A stretch of DNA of 64,000 nucleotides from Candidatus Uhrbacteria bacterium RIFOXYB12_FULL_58_10 (GCA_001791645.1 MGFA01000019.1:29774-93773), one strand, 5' to 3'; positions 9,951 through 19,837 are shown, counted from the stretch's first letter. Translations and numbers: made by a program. Notes: a model not told the origin generated them from the sequence alone.

Positions 9951-10550
9951 TTATTTCGTATTATCCTCAACCGTCACCTCAAGCATCTTGTCACCGACCG
10001 CAATTGCGTCAACGACGTCCATTCCTTCCAGCACCCGTCCAAAAATCGAGTAGCTCTTTGGCAGCGGATTGTCAGCCAGCATGATGAAAAACTGCGATCC
10101 GTTGGTATTTGATCCGGAATTGGCCATGGCAACGATCCCGCGGTCATACGCGTATTCGTCGTTGAGCTCGTCGGCGAACTTGTATCCCGGACCGCCGGTT
10201 CCCGTCCCGCGCGGATCACCGCCTTGAATCACGAACCCTTCCACGCGACGATGAAACGTCAGGCCGTCGTAATATCCCTCCTTGGTGAGATACACGAAAT
10301 TCGAGACCGTATTCGGCGCGGTATCGGCGAACAATTCGAACAGGATGTCACCTTTTTCCGTGTGCAGGCGCACGCGCTTGTTCTGAATTTCTTCCAAGGG
10401 CAAAACGCCCGGGAACGCGTACGATGATTCTTCGGCCATAATTCCAGTGGTTCCCTCGACGACCTTCGCTTCCGGAACGGACGACGCACAACCGCCGCCG
10501 AGCAAAACGAGCGAGAGGACGACAGGGATCAAATAAGAGATGCGCGGCAT
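9951..10550 (-). CDS. Cyclophilin-type peptidyl-prolyl isomerase, lipoprotein
   Basis: LGGGC lipobox-like; FHRRVEGFVIQGGDP, AMANSG, NGSQFF, IFGRV. Confidence 0.93.
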   Translation of the reverse strand: MPRISYLIPVVLSLVLLGGGCASSVPEAKVVEGTTGIMAEESSYAFPGVLPLEEIQNKRVRLHTEKGDILFELFADTAPNTVSNFVYLTKEGYYDGLTFHRRVEGFVIQGGDPRGTGTGGPGYKFADELNDEYAYDRGIVAMANSGSNTNGSQFFIMLADNPLPKSYSIFGRVLEGMDVVDAIAVGDKMLEVTVEDNTK

Positions 10551-10553
10551 AGA

Positions 10554-10904
10554 TTAGCGAGACGCGACGGAAGCGGTCGACCCGGAACTGCCAACGACGA
10601 CGTTTTGGCTACTCAGTGTGACCGACGCGGCCATCAGCATGGCGGACAGCGTGAAGATGATGGCGATGAGCACGGTAAGCAGCGCGTTGACGCCAAGCGG
10701 TACGTGATGACAGTTGCGGCAACCCGCAAGGTACACGACGTGACGCGACGCGGAGCCGCTCGGGCCCGGCATGGGTTCGGGTTCCGGCATGGGCATCGGC
10801 TGCGGGTCGGAGATAACCTCCATCGCTAGCGATTTTGTTTTTAATGACTTTCGACGCGTCGCGGACTTTTTCGCGAGCACCTTCTTTTTGGTCGTGGTAG
10901 GCAT
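10554..10904 (-). CDS. Hypothetical protein: basic N-terminus, CxxCHH motif, one TM
   Basis: Lys-rich start, PMPEPEPMP linker, GCRNCHH, hydrophobic helix; TGCTATACT box upstream. Confidence 0.65.
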   Translation of the reverse strand: MPTTTKKKVLAKKSATRRKSLKTKSLAMEVISDPQPMPMPEPEPMPGPSGSASRHVVYLAGCRNCHHVPLGVNALLTVLIAIIFTLSAMLMAASVTLSSQNVVVGSSGSTASVASR

Positions 10905-10944
10905 ATCCTCCAATGAACAAATGATTGACGCAGGAAGTATAGCA

Positions 10945-11403
10945 TCATCGCGCGCCGAGCGTCCACCAAATCGCGTCGATGCCGCTTGATTCCGTTGTCA
11001 CGGTCCGTTCTGCCGGATCCACGACGCTTTGCAACGCGATCCACGCGCGAGCCACCCGATCGTACGCGAACGCGGAAAGGCGGTTTGGCGCAATGCCGTC
11101 GAGTTTTTCTTCGTCGTAGGAAATCTCGACGATAAATCCGGCCGGCAATGGGTTGCCGCCAAGTTCGGAGCGATAGACCATGCCGACGCCGGAAGACAAT
11201 GCAATGCCCGGATCATCCGAAACGCCGATGGAAAGACGGCCGACCGATGGGGCCGCCTGTCCGGAAACCATTGCCAAACCGTCAGCGGAAATCGAGAACC
11301 GCGCTTCCGGCTCGCTCATACTGAGCACCACGAACGTACCGAAAAACAACGCGATGATCAGCGCGCCGATTCCAGCGACCGGTTGTGTCACCCTCCTTTT
11401 CAT
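10945..11403 (-). CDS. Hypothetical exported beta-rich protein
   Basis: N-terminal TM; EISYDE..YD....W..L.S.VD pattern typical of surface-protein domains. Confidence 0.6.
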   Translation of the reverse strand: MKRRVTQPVAGIGALIIALFFGTFVVLSMSEPEARFSISADGLAMVSGQAAPSVGRLSIGVSDDPGIALSSGVGMVYRSELGGNPLPAGFIVEISYDEEKLDGIAPNRLSAFAYDRVARAWIALQSVVDPAERTVTTESSGIDAIWWTLGAR

Positions 11404-11496
11404 ACGCCCTAAAAACGCTCGTCGTTCTCTTGGTGCGACTGAACGTAAATTTCGCGTTCTTCTTCCATCACATCCGTCCAAATGGCATAGACCGCT

Positions 11497-12540
11497 TTAT
11501 TTTACTGTTTCTTCCCAAGAGAATCCAGGGCGACCGAAATGTCCGTAGGATGCGGTCTGGCGATAGATCGGCCGAAGCAGGTCGAATCGCTCGACGATTG
11601 CGTCCGGACGAAAGTCGAATTGTGCCTTCACGAGGTTCGCATAATCCATCTTGCTCCCGCGCGATTTCTCCGAGACTCCCGACGCCTCGAGGTGCACGGG
11701 CTCGGCACGACCCGGCGCGTACGCCGCGGTCACGAGCGCGGAGGACGCAAGCCCCTGCTCCACGAGCCACCGGGCCGCGGCGCGCGCCGCGTACAACCCC
11801 GCGCGCTTGGCACATCCGGGATCCCTTCCGGAAATGGACGCGTCGCCGTGCGGAATCAGCCCGCCATACGTGTCCGAGGCGAGCTTGTTCCCACTCATGC
11901 CCGATGACGCGGCGAACCCGGCGTGCACGAACGCCCCATTCGGATTGACATGCAGCTGCACGCCGTCCTCGCCGACCATCGGGGAAACGACGCGCTCGAG
12001 AATCGCGGTACGCACGTCGTTGAGCGCGATGTTTTGCGCGTGCGCGACCTGGATCGTCACGCACGTAACGCGATCGCGCTCGGCCACCACCTGCACCTTG
12101 CCGTTTGGCAACAACCAGGAAAACGATGGGTCCGTGCGACGCAGGTCGTCGAGGCGGCGGGCCATGTTGTTCGCGAACACAAACGCGCGCGGGAGCATCT
12201 CGCGCGTTTCCTTCGTGGCATACCCGTTCACGACCGCTGCGTCCGCGGGCACGCGAGCTCCCCGCAAAGGTTCGTCGGCCACGTTCACATTGACGAACAC
12301 CTCCGCTTCGTCCGCGTATCCCGTATCCGCATACGCCTGCTTGACGAGCGCCGCCACGTCAAAGTCCGCCCTTGACCGCACCTCTCCGCCCACCACGATC
12401 ATTCCGCGCGACCCGAGCACGCCCACATTCACGCGCGCCGCCGGATCACGACGCAAATACTCGTCCACGATCGCATCCGCGATCTGATCGCACACTTTGT
12501 CCGGATGTCCCTGCGTCACGGCCTCGGCAGCTTTGCGCAT
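11497..12540 (-). CDS. metK: S-adenosylmethionine synthetase homolog with degenerate active site
   Basis: EAVTQGHPDKVCDQIADAI, VNPNG, DTYGG, YRQTASYGHFGR retained; several catalytic motifs altered. Confidence 0.8.
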   Translation of the reverse strand: MRKAAEAVTQGHPDKVCDQIADAIVDEYLRRDPAARVNVGVLGSRGMIVVGGEVRSRADFDVAALVKQAYADTGYADEAEVFVNVNVADEPLRGARVPADAAVVNGYATKETREMLPRAFVFANNMARRLDDLRRTDPSFSWLLPNGKVQVVAERDRVTCVTIQVAHAQNIALNDVRTAILERVVSPMVGEDGVQLHVNPNGAFVHAGFAASSGMSGNKLASDTYGGLIPHGDASISGRDPGCAKRAGLYAARAAARWLVEQGLASSALVTAAYAPGRAEPVHLEASGVSEKSRGSKMDYANLVKAQFDFRPDAIVERFDLLRPIYRQTASYGHFGRPGFSWEETVK

Positions 12541-12609
12541 ACCGCCGCATTTTACTCCATATAAAAAAAACTTATCCACACCAGAGAAAATTCCGCTTAA
12601 CCATTACCC

Positions 12610-12655
12610 TTGCGTTCGGTTTTTGTTCGGTGTATTATACGAACAGATACCGAAC
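12610..12655 (+). promoter_or_regulatory. lexA promoter with candidate LexA operators
   Basis: TTGCGT-17-TATTAT overlapped by GTTCGG-N5-GTTCGG and inverted ACGAAC-N5-CCGAAC. Confidence 0.75.
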
Positions 12656-12663
12656 AGAAACCT

Positions 12664-13278
12664 ATGAGCCTCACAAAGAAACAAGCTGAAATCCTTGCCT
12701 TCATCAAGGAACATATCGCGGACAAGGACTACGCGCCGAGCTATCGGGAAATCGCCGAGCACTTTGGTCTCTCTTCCCCGGCGACCGTACACCAGCACGT
12801 ACAGGCGCTCGCGGAAAAAGGAATGGTCTCGCTCGGCGAAGACGGAACCGCGCGCTCCATTGAGCTCATTGAAAAACAACCGCTCGACCCGTTCTCCATC
12901 ATGCTGCCGCTTGCCGGGCTCATCACCGCCGGCGTGCCAATCGAGGCAATCGAGGAAAATGAAACGATCGCGGTTCCGGCGCAGTTCGTCGTCGACGGCC
13001 TGAACTCGTACGTACTGCGCGTCAAAGGCCAGTCCATGATCGACGACGGCATTTTCGACGGCGATTACGTCGTCGTCGAACGAAACCCTTCCCCACGCAA
13101 CGGCGAGGTGGTCGTGGCGCTGCTCGACAATGCCTACGCGACGCTCAAGCGCTTCTACCGCGAACCGAACCGCATCCGCCTGCAACCGGCCAACTCCACC
13201 ATGTCTCCCATCTTCGTGAAGGACTGCATCATCCAAGGGACGGTGCGCGCGGTCATCCGAAAGTTTCAAACGGCATAA
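12664..13278 (+). CDS. lexA: LexA repressor
   Basis: LTKKQ..IL, PSYREIA wHTH; AG cleavage site; GQSM (Ser) and TLKRF (Lys) dyad. Confidence 0.96.
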   Translation: MSLTKKQAEILAFIKEHIADKDYAPSYREIAEHFGLSSPATVHQHVQALAEKGMVSLGEDGTARSIELIEKQPLDPFSIMLPLAGLITAGVPIEAIEENETIAVPAQFVVDGLNSYVLRVKGQSMIDDGIFDGDYVVVERNPSPRNGEVVVALLDNAYATLKRFYREPNRIRLQPANSTMSPIFVKDCIIQGTVRAVIRKFQTA

Positions 13279-13388
13279 GACAACCTGACCATTTGGAATC
13301 TGTCGACGAGGCGCGAAGGGATCACGCGCGTCGTCGCCAGGTTTCAGATTGCCAAAATTAATTCGTAACGCATGATCCCAAAACCGAT

Positions 13389-13559
13389 ATGCCGAGCACA
13401 ACCCTCCGTCACCATGCGTTCACCTTCGCGTACCTTCCGGTTCGTCGCGTCCGGCGTTTCGAATCCGCGGTACGTGCCGTCCGCCTTCGCATAAGCTCCC
13501 GTCGAATCAAGGAAGTCATCCGCTCCACGCTCGCCGCCTCCTGGCCCAACAACACCTAA
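13389..13559 (+). CDS. Possible small basic protein (56 aa)
   Basis: Manual ORF MPSTTLRHHAFTFAYLPVRRVRRFESAVRAVRLRISSRRIKEVIRSTLAASWPNNT ending 3 nt before the next ATG. Confidence 0.4.
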   Translation: MPSTTLRHHAFTFAYLPVRRVRRFESAVRAVRLRISSRRIKEVIRSTLAASWPNNT

Positions 13560-13562
13560 TCT

Positions 13563-13814
13563 ATGGCACACGAAGTTATTAACGAGCCCGTGGACATGCT
13601 CGTCGCGTTCCGCGAAAATCGCGTCATCCCCAAGCGCATGATGTGGAACGCGCGCGAGTACGAAATCAAGTCCGTAAATCTCGTCCACACGGCCCGCGAA
13701 GGAACAAAACGCGTGTTCTACTTTTCCGTCTCAGACCTCACTAACTATTTCAAACTGAAACTCGATCCGGAGTTTCTCGAATGGCGCCTCATCGAGACGT
13801 ATACTGACGGATAA
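13563..13814 (+). CDS. Small DinB-associated protein (DUF6504-like)
   Basis: P..MMWNAREY.I, YFSV, W.L pattern; between lexA and dinB. Confidence 0.7.
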   Translation: MAHEVINEPVDMLVAFRENRVIPKRMMWNAREYEIKSVNLVHTAREGTKRVFYFSVSDLTNYFKLKLDPEFLEWRLIETYTDG

Positions 13815-13839
13815 TTTCCACATGCATGATCCCGCTTCT

Positions 13840-14870
13840 ATGAGCAGGATCATTTTGCATATCGACATGAACTCGTATTTCGCCTCCGTGGAGCAGCAGG
13901 CGAATCCTTTTTTGCGCGGGAAGGCGATCGGCGTGACCGGCAAGCGCACGGAACGCTCCGTGGTCGCGGCCGCGTCGCGCGAGGCAAAGAAACTTGGGGT
14001 GCGAACGGCCATGTCCACGTGGGAGGCGAAGCGCGTTCTTCCATCCATGATTCTCGTCATGGGCGATCCGGAAAAATATAGCGACATCACGCGGCGCTTC
14101 AATGCAATTTTTTTTGAGTTCACGCACCTCGTCGAGCGATTCAGCGTTGATGAAAGTTTCCTGGATATCACCGATTCGGCCCGTGACTTTCTAGGCGCGA
14201 CGATCATCGCGCAGACAATCAAGACACGGTTGCGCGAGGAATGCGGCGGGTACGTCACCTGTTCTGTCGGCATTGCCTCAAACAAGCCCATGGCAAAACT
14301 TGCCTCGGATCGCATGAAGCCGGACGGCCTCGTCGTCGTGTTGCCCGGACGCGAAACAGAGCTGCTCGACGCGTCCAGGCTCGAGGACGTGTGCGGCATC
14401 GGCCCGCGCATGGCCGTGCGCCTGAACGCGCTTGGCATTTTTTCGTTTCCGCAACTGCGCGCGTACCCGCTTGACCGCCTTGTCGGGGAGTTCAAGTCCT
14501 ATGCCCTTCGGCTGCATGATATCGCGCACGGACGCGGCGACGCCACGGTCTCGCCGGGCGAGGTTGACCCGAAATCTGTTGGACATTCGTACACGCTTCC
14601 GACGAACGTCAAAGATCCGCCCGTCATCCGACGGTATCTGCTTACCCTGTGCGACAAGGTTGCGTGGAGACTTCGCCGAGACGGCTTTGCGACGCGCTGC
14701 GTGACGGCATATGTGCGCTATGGAGATTTCTCCGGAGAATGTCTTCCGTTCTTTCCGCGCTCGACGCCTTGCAAACGCGTTATGGCGACCGCGCCTGGAC
14801 TCGCGCCTCACTCATTCGCACAAACGTTCTCGCCCGCACGAGCGGCTTCCGATACGACCATGAGCTCTGA
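13840..14870 (+). pseudogene. dinB: DNA polymerase IV with internal deletion and frameshift near 14740
   Basis: HIDMNSYFASVEQ, SVDE, AKLASD, GIG, KSVGHS motifs; after RYGDFSGE the frame degrades, and the natural-looking tail LDALQTRYG...DHEL* is in another frame. Confidence 0.8.
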
Positions 14871-14924
14871 AATCAAAATGACGGAATTCCTACATTCTTC
14901 ATTTTGCATTCCCCATTTTGCACT

Positions 14925-15503
14925 TCACTCAAACTCCCCTTCCAGCACATGCCGCGACGGATCGGGATTTCCATCCTTCGATTCGACGGTCACGACGATC
15001 TGCGTATACGCGTCATACTTCCCCGCTCCTGAGTCTGTCGAAGCGGACCATTCGAGCACCCACTCGCCAACGTCATTCGTCACGAAATCGCCAACGGAAA
15101 AATAATCGTATGGAACCTGGCGAAGCAACCAGGCCTCATACGCGTACGTCTCTCGATCAACATCAGGAAGGCTGGCCTTGATGGACAGGAAAAACTGCCC
15201 GCCATCGGTCTCTCGTTCCGCATTTGCGAACGACGAACCGCCTTTCGGATCGTGCAACGTCGCCTCGTTGGACGTGCCTTCCGCCGCCGCGATCACCGCG
15301 GATGCGACGGGCGTCGGGGTAAGCACGTCGACGATGGTATCCGAGGTGGACGCCGACGGCTCATTCTTCGGGGCGAACCGGAACCACCAAATGCCATAGG
15401 CGAACAACCCCGCAAGGACAGCGACGATGCCGAGCGTTCCGAAAACCGTGCCATACGGAACGGAACGCGGACGCCTGGAACGAAAGGACGAGCGTTGATA
15501 CAT
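14925..15503 (-). CDS. Hypothetical membrane-anchored protein (anti-sigma-K-like C-domain possible)
   Basis: N-terminal TM; YEAWL, VVTVE..DGNPDP..HVLEG pattern. Confidence 0.6.
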   Translation of the reverse strand: MYQRSSFRSRRPRSVPYGTVFGTLGIVAVLAGLFAYGIWWFRFAPKNEPSASTSDTIVDVLTPTPVASAVIAAAEGTSNEATLHDPKGGSSFANAERETDGGQFFLSIKASLPDVDRETYAYEAWLLRQVPYDYFSVGDFVTNDVGEWVLEWSASTDSGAGKYDAYTQIVVTVESKDGNPDPSRHVLEGEFE

Positions 15504-15504
15504 A

Positions 15505-16647
15505 TCAAACCACGGCCTTGACCGCGTCGGCGACGATGCGCGCAGCCCCGCCCTCCAGCAAGGAGGGCAGAATATGCTCCGCGGTCGGTTCCTCGACCAT
15601 GGCGGCAAGCGCGCGCGCTGATGCGATTCGCATCGCGTTCGTAAAACGAGGTGTCCTCGCTTCCAATACGCCGAGAAACATGCCTGGGTATGCGAGCACG
15701 TTGTTGACCTGATTCGAGTAGTCGCTCCGTCCCGTGGCAACCACGGCTGCGCCCGCCGCCTTCGCGAGGTCGGGCATAATCTCCGGGGTCGGATTTGCCA
15801 TGGCGAACACGATTGCCCCGGGCGCCATCGCGCGTACCATCTCCTCGGTGACGATTCCCGGGGCGCTTACTCCCACGAACACGTCGGCCCCAACCATGGC
15901 CTCCGCGAGCGAACCCGTGCGCCCTTCGGCATTGATGCGCGCGGCCATCTTCGTCTTGGTATCGTTCATCCCGTCTCTCTCCACCGCGATGATGCCCTTT
16001 GAATCGACCATGGCGATATGCGTCGCCCCCGCCTCAAGCAACAGATTCGCCGTGGCGATGCCAGCCGCACCAACTCCGGAGATGACGACCGACGCGGATT
16101 CAAGCGACTTTCCGACGACTTCCAGGGCATTCAGGATTCCGGCCAGGACAACCACGGCCGTGCCATGTTGGTCGTCATGCATCACGGGAACATCGAGCTC
16201 GCGCGAAAGCCGATCCTCGATTTCAAAACACCGCGGCGCGGAAATGTCCTCCAGGTGAATCGCGCCGAATCCGGGAGCGATATTTTTTACGGTCGCGATG
16301 ATCGCCTCGGTATCTTGCGTGGCCAGGCAAATCGGAAACGCGTCGATACCAGCGAACTTCTTATACAAAATGGCCTTCCCTTCCATGACCGGCATGGCGG
16401 CCTCCGGACCAATGTTGCCAAGTCCAAGCACGGCCGACCCGTCCGTCACCACCGCGACGAACCGTCCCTTGATGGTGAGATCGTACGCCAACGACTTGTC
16501 CTTCGCGATTGCCTCACACGGCGCGGCCACGCCCGGCGTGTATGCAATTGACAGATCGTCGCGCGTCTCAAGCGACACGGTCGGCGCAAGTTCCATCTTC
16601 CCTCGCTTCTCGTGGTGCAGCTTCATCGATGCTTCTGCGTAGTTCAT
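15505..16647 (-). CDS. NAD(P)-dependent malic enzyme
   Basis: YTPGVA, TDGSAVLGLGNIG, MEGKA, LEDI, HDDQHGT, NQVNN. Confidence 0.94.
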   Translation of the reverse strand: MNYAEASMKLHHEKRGKMELAPTVSLETRDDLSIAYTPGVAAPCEAIAKDKSLAYDLTIKGRFVAVVTDGSAVLGLGNIGPEAAMPVMEGKAILYKKFAGIDAFPICLATQDTEAIIATVKNIAPGFGAIHLEDISAPRCFEIEDRLSRELDVPVMHDDQHGTAVVVLAGILNALEVVGKSLESASVVISGVGAAGIATANLLLEAGATHIAMVDSKGIIAVERDGMNDTKTKMAARINAEGRTGSLAEAMVGADVFVGVSAPGIVTEEMVRAMAPGAIVFAMANPTPEIMPDLAKAAGAAVVATGRSDYSNQVNNVLAYPGMFLGVLEARTPRFTNAMRIASARALAAMVEEPTAEHILPSLLEGGAARIVADAVKAVV

Positions 16648-18743
16648 AGGTCTTCGATATTTCTCAAGAATGATCCGCCGGAGGGCTTCGTCGGCCTGCG
16701 TTCGCCGAGGTCGTCGAGGACGATGGTCGGCTCGTCGTCGCGCCACGCGGATTGAGTGGGACGCTGGCCGTGCGATCCGCCCGACGGTTGCCCGCGCAAG
16801 CGTATCTGCTCGACCAAACTATCGGGCAGTTCCTGAATGAACTGCGATGGCTGGCTGAACATCAGGGTATCACCCCCGCTCGAGATGGGATAGGTCAAAA
16901 ACAGATGGCGGCGGGCGCGCGTGGTCGCGACGTAAAACAGGCGGCGTTCCTCCTCGAGTCCCCCATCTTCGTCAAGCGCGCGCTGGTGCGGGAACTTGCC
17001 GTCCACAAGCCCCATCACGAACACCGCGTCCCACTCAAGGCCTTTCGCCTGATGGATGGTCGAGAGCACCAACCGCTCGCGATCGTCCGTCCCGTTTTCC
17101 CGCGCGGCGCCATAATCCTCGGTCAGCGTCACTTCCTCCAAAAACGTATTCACGTCCACGTACGGCTCCGCGAACAGCGCGAATTGCTCAAGGTCCTCCA
17201 GGCGATCCATGAAATCCGGATATTCCGCCTCGAGGTAATCGCGATACCCGCCCGTGATGACCGCGCGCACCATGTCCGCGGGACGCGTTCCCGAAAGCAT
17301 CTTGCGCAGCATCGACAGGACGGCATCGAATCCGCGGCCGGACTTCCCTTCAATGACGGGAGGCGACGCAACGAGGTCGCCGGCCGATTCAAAGCCGCGC
17401 AGTTTCTCAACGATCCTTCCCGCGGTCACCGTACCGATCCCCGACTGCAGCCCGAGCACGCGCGTCCATGAGAGCACGTCGCGCACGTTTGCCACAAGCT
17501 TCAAGTGCGACACCACGTCCTTGATATGCGCGCGCTGAAAAAACTTCATCCCTCCGCGGTAGTCATACGGGACGTCGCGCTTCGCGAGTTCGAATTCGAG
17601 CGATTGAGACTGAAAGGACCCGCGAAACAGCACGGCGATGTCGCGAAGATCGGTTCCCGCGTCGCGCAGCTGAAGCACTTGCTCGGCAATGTACTGTGCC
17701 TCTTGAAACTGATTGGCGGCCGGAACGAGATTCGGCTTTTCGCACCCCGCGCAAACGGCCCGCAGCTCCTTTTTGAACTGATCGCGATTCCGCCCGATCA
17801 CCGCGTTCGCGAGCGACAAAATCTCAGGACTCGACCGATAGTTTGTGACAAGACGAAACGTTTGCGCTTCCGGATACGTCTTCGGAAAATCCAAAATGTT
17901 GCGGATCTGCGCCGCCCGGAACGAATAGATGCTCTGCGCGTCATCGCCAACCACGAGCACGTTTTGATGTACCGAAGCGAGCTGCCGCACGATGTCGGCC
18001 TGCACGGTGTTGGTGTCCTGGTACTCGTCGACAAGCACGTACTGGAACTGCGTGGCGAGTCGATCGCGCACAGCCGGATTCGTATAGAGCAACTTTCGCA
18101 AAAGCAAAAGCAGATCGTCGAAATCCACAACGTCGGCGTTTGCCTTATGTATCTCGTACAGCTCGGCCATGCGCTCGATGGTCGGGATGAGATTCCAAAA
18201 GCCTGCGTGTTTCCGTTCGACGGCCTCGCGAGTGCTGAGTCCTGAGTTCATCGCGTACGAAATGACGTTGTGCAGGTTCGCGGGCGACGGGAATCGGCGC
18301 GCCGTGGTGTCTACCGCGAGCTCCTTCACGCACGCCTTGATGAGACTGCGCGCATCCTCCTCGTCCATGATGGTGAAGTTCGAGGTGTGCCCGACCGCGC
18401 TCGCGTGCACGCGCAACAAGCGGTTGGCGATCGAGTGAAACGTCCCTCCCCAAAGCCCCTTCGGATACGCGCACAAAAGTCCTTCGACGCGTCCAAGCAT
18501 CTCGCGCGCGGCCTTGTTCGTGAACGTGACGAGCAAAATGTTCTCCGGCGACACGCCGTTTTCAATGAGATACGCCACGCGATACGTGATGGTGCGCGTT
18601 TTTCCGGAACCCGCCCCGGCAAGCACCAGGCATGGCCCATCGCCGTTCAAAACGACGTCTAGCTGTTCCTCGTTCAATTCCTTGCGATAATCGATTTTAC
18701 AACGGCTGGGATCGAACTGATTTTGGAGGACGAACTCTTTCAT
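16644..18743 (-). CDS. UvrD/PcrA superfamily 1 helicase
   Basis: AGAGSGKT, TFTNKAA, VDEYQD, VGDDAQSIY, NYRS, TIHQAKGLEW, EERRLFYVA. Confidence 0.95.
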   Translation of the reverse strand: MKEFVLQNQFDPSRCKIDYRKELNEEQLDVVLNGDGPCLVLAGAGSGKTRTITYRVAYLIENGVSPENILLVTFTNKAAREMLGRVEGLLCAYPKGLWGGTFHSIANRLLRVHASAVGHTSNFTIMDEEDARSLIKACVKELAVDTTARRFPSPANLHNVISYAMNSGLSTREAVERKHAGFWNLIPTIERMAELYEIHKANADVVDFDDLLLLLRKLLYTNPAVRDRLATQFQYVLVDEYQDTNTVQADIVRQLASVHQNVLVVGDDAQSIYSFRAAQIRNILDFPKTYPEAQTFRLVTNYRSSPEILSLANAVIGRNRDQFKKELRAVCAGCEKPNLVPAANQFQEAQYIAEQVLQLRDAGTDLRDIAVLFRGSFQSQSLEFELAKRDVPYDYRGGMKFFQRAHIKDVVSHLKLVANVRDVLSWTRVLGLQSGIGTVTAGRIVEKLRGFESAGDLVASPPVIEGKSGRGFDAVLSMLRKMLSGTRPADMVRAVITGGYRDYLEAEYPDFMDRLEDLEQFALFAEPYVDVNTFLEEVTLTEDYGAARENGTDDRERLVLSTIHQAKGLEWDAVFVMGLVDGKFPHQRALDEDGGLEEERRLFYVATTRARRHLFLTYPISSGGDTLMFSQPSQFIQELPDSLVEQIRLRGQPSGGSHGQRPTQSAWRDDEPTIVLDDLGERRPTKPSGGSFLRNIEDL

Positions 18744-18771
18744 AGCCCCGACAGATTAACACGTTTGGCAC

Positions 18772-18796
18772 AAAAAAAGAACGGTCCAAAGACCGT
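18772..18796 (-). terminator. Intrinsic terminator
   Basis: ACGGTC/GACCGT stem followed by a T-run on the minus strand. Confidence 0.55.
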
Positions 18797-19716
18797 CAGA
18801 GCGGGGCCAGGGCCACAGAGAAATCACGACATGCGCGGGAAACGTCGAGCGGTCCATCGGACATGAGAAGATCCGCGACCGCAGAGAGCTTGGGAACCAC
18901 GGTCGGAACGATGACGGCGCGGCAAAATCCGTCGTCGAGCGGCCTCCCGTTCTCAAACAGCATGCCGCGTCCGCGACAAATCGCGGCGGCGATCCGCGCG
19001 CGGCCCTCGCGATCAGGCTCGGTCTTGCGACGTCTGTGGCGTGCCATTTCGGCGAACGCGCCCTCGAGCGATCGGCGCACGAACGTCATGCGTAGCGATC
19101 GCGCGGCCATGGAGAGACGCGCGGCCGCGTCATCGCCGCGACTCACGCGGAGCGCCGCGATGGCGGCGTCGACGTCGGTCGCGGCGTTCGGCAGCGCGCG
19201 CCGGCTGAACGGGGCCAGCGACACCCCGCGCAAGAACCGCGCGGCACGTTCGAGACGTACGATGTCAGGCTCGCCGGTGACATCGCCGCGAATGACACGA
19301 TGGCATTCGCGCAACGCGTCGAAAAACGCGGCCGCGAACGATTCGAGCGCCCAGGCTTCGCGCTCCACGCCCCCACGGATCAGATCGATCTCGAACGGGC
19401 GCCCGGGCTTCTCGCGCAGCCGCGTGGGGTCCGCCCCAAGCCTCGCGAGCTCGGCCTCGTACCCGTCGCCGACGTGCCCTCCGATCGCACGCAGCGCGTC
19501 GTACAGCCCGCCGTCGAACGCGCGCGCTCTGAGCGGCCCGTCGTTTTCCGGCGCGGCCGCGCACCAGAGCACGGCACCGCTTTCCACGAAGTCAGGCTTG
19601 CCGCGCACCATCATCTCCGGCCCTTGCCGACTGCATACGTACAGACGTTCCTCGCGGATCGGCTTCACGCGAAGCGTCACCGCGTTCCCGCCACGGACAA
19701 GAAACGCTCGTTCCAC
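18796..19716 (-). CDS. Orphan helical protein (paralog A)
   Basis: GTG start with GGAGGG RBS, TTGACG-17-TAGCGT promoter; similarity to the 19838-21064 product. Confidence 0.6.
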   Translation of the reverse strand: MERAFLVRGGNAVTLRVKPIREERLYVCSRQGPEMMVRGKPDFVESGAVLWCAAAPENDGPLRARAFDGGLYDALRAIGGHVGDGYEAELARLGADPTRLREKPGRPFEIDLIRGGVEREAWALESFAAAFFDALRECHRVIRGDVTGEPDIVRLERAARFLRGVSLAPFSRRALPNAATDVDAAIAALRVSRGDDAAARLSMAARSLRMTFVRRSLEGAFAEMARHRRRKTEPDREGRARIAAAICRGRGMLFENGRPLDDGFCRAVIVPTVVPKLSAVADLLMSDGPLDVSRACRDFSVALAPL

Positions 19717-19837
19717 GGTCCCTCCGTTCGTGAATCGCGTGGATGCGGCGACGCTACCAGAAAAACCGGCTCGCGTCAACCAATACGTGTCGAAAAGAAA
19801 AAGGCCCCGGGCGAGGCTTGAAAGCCAGGCCGCGGGG

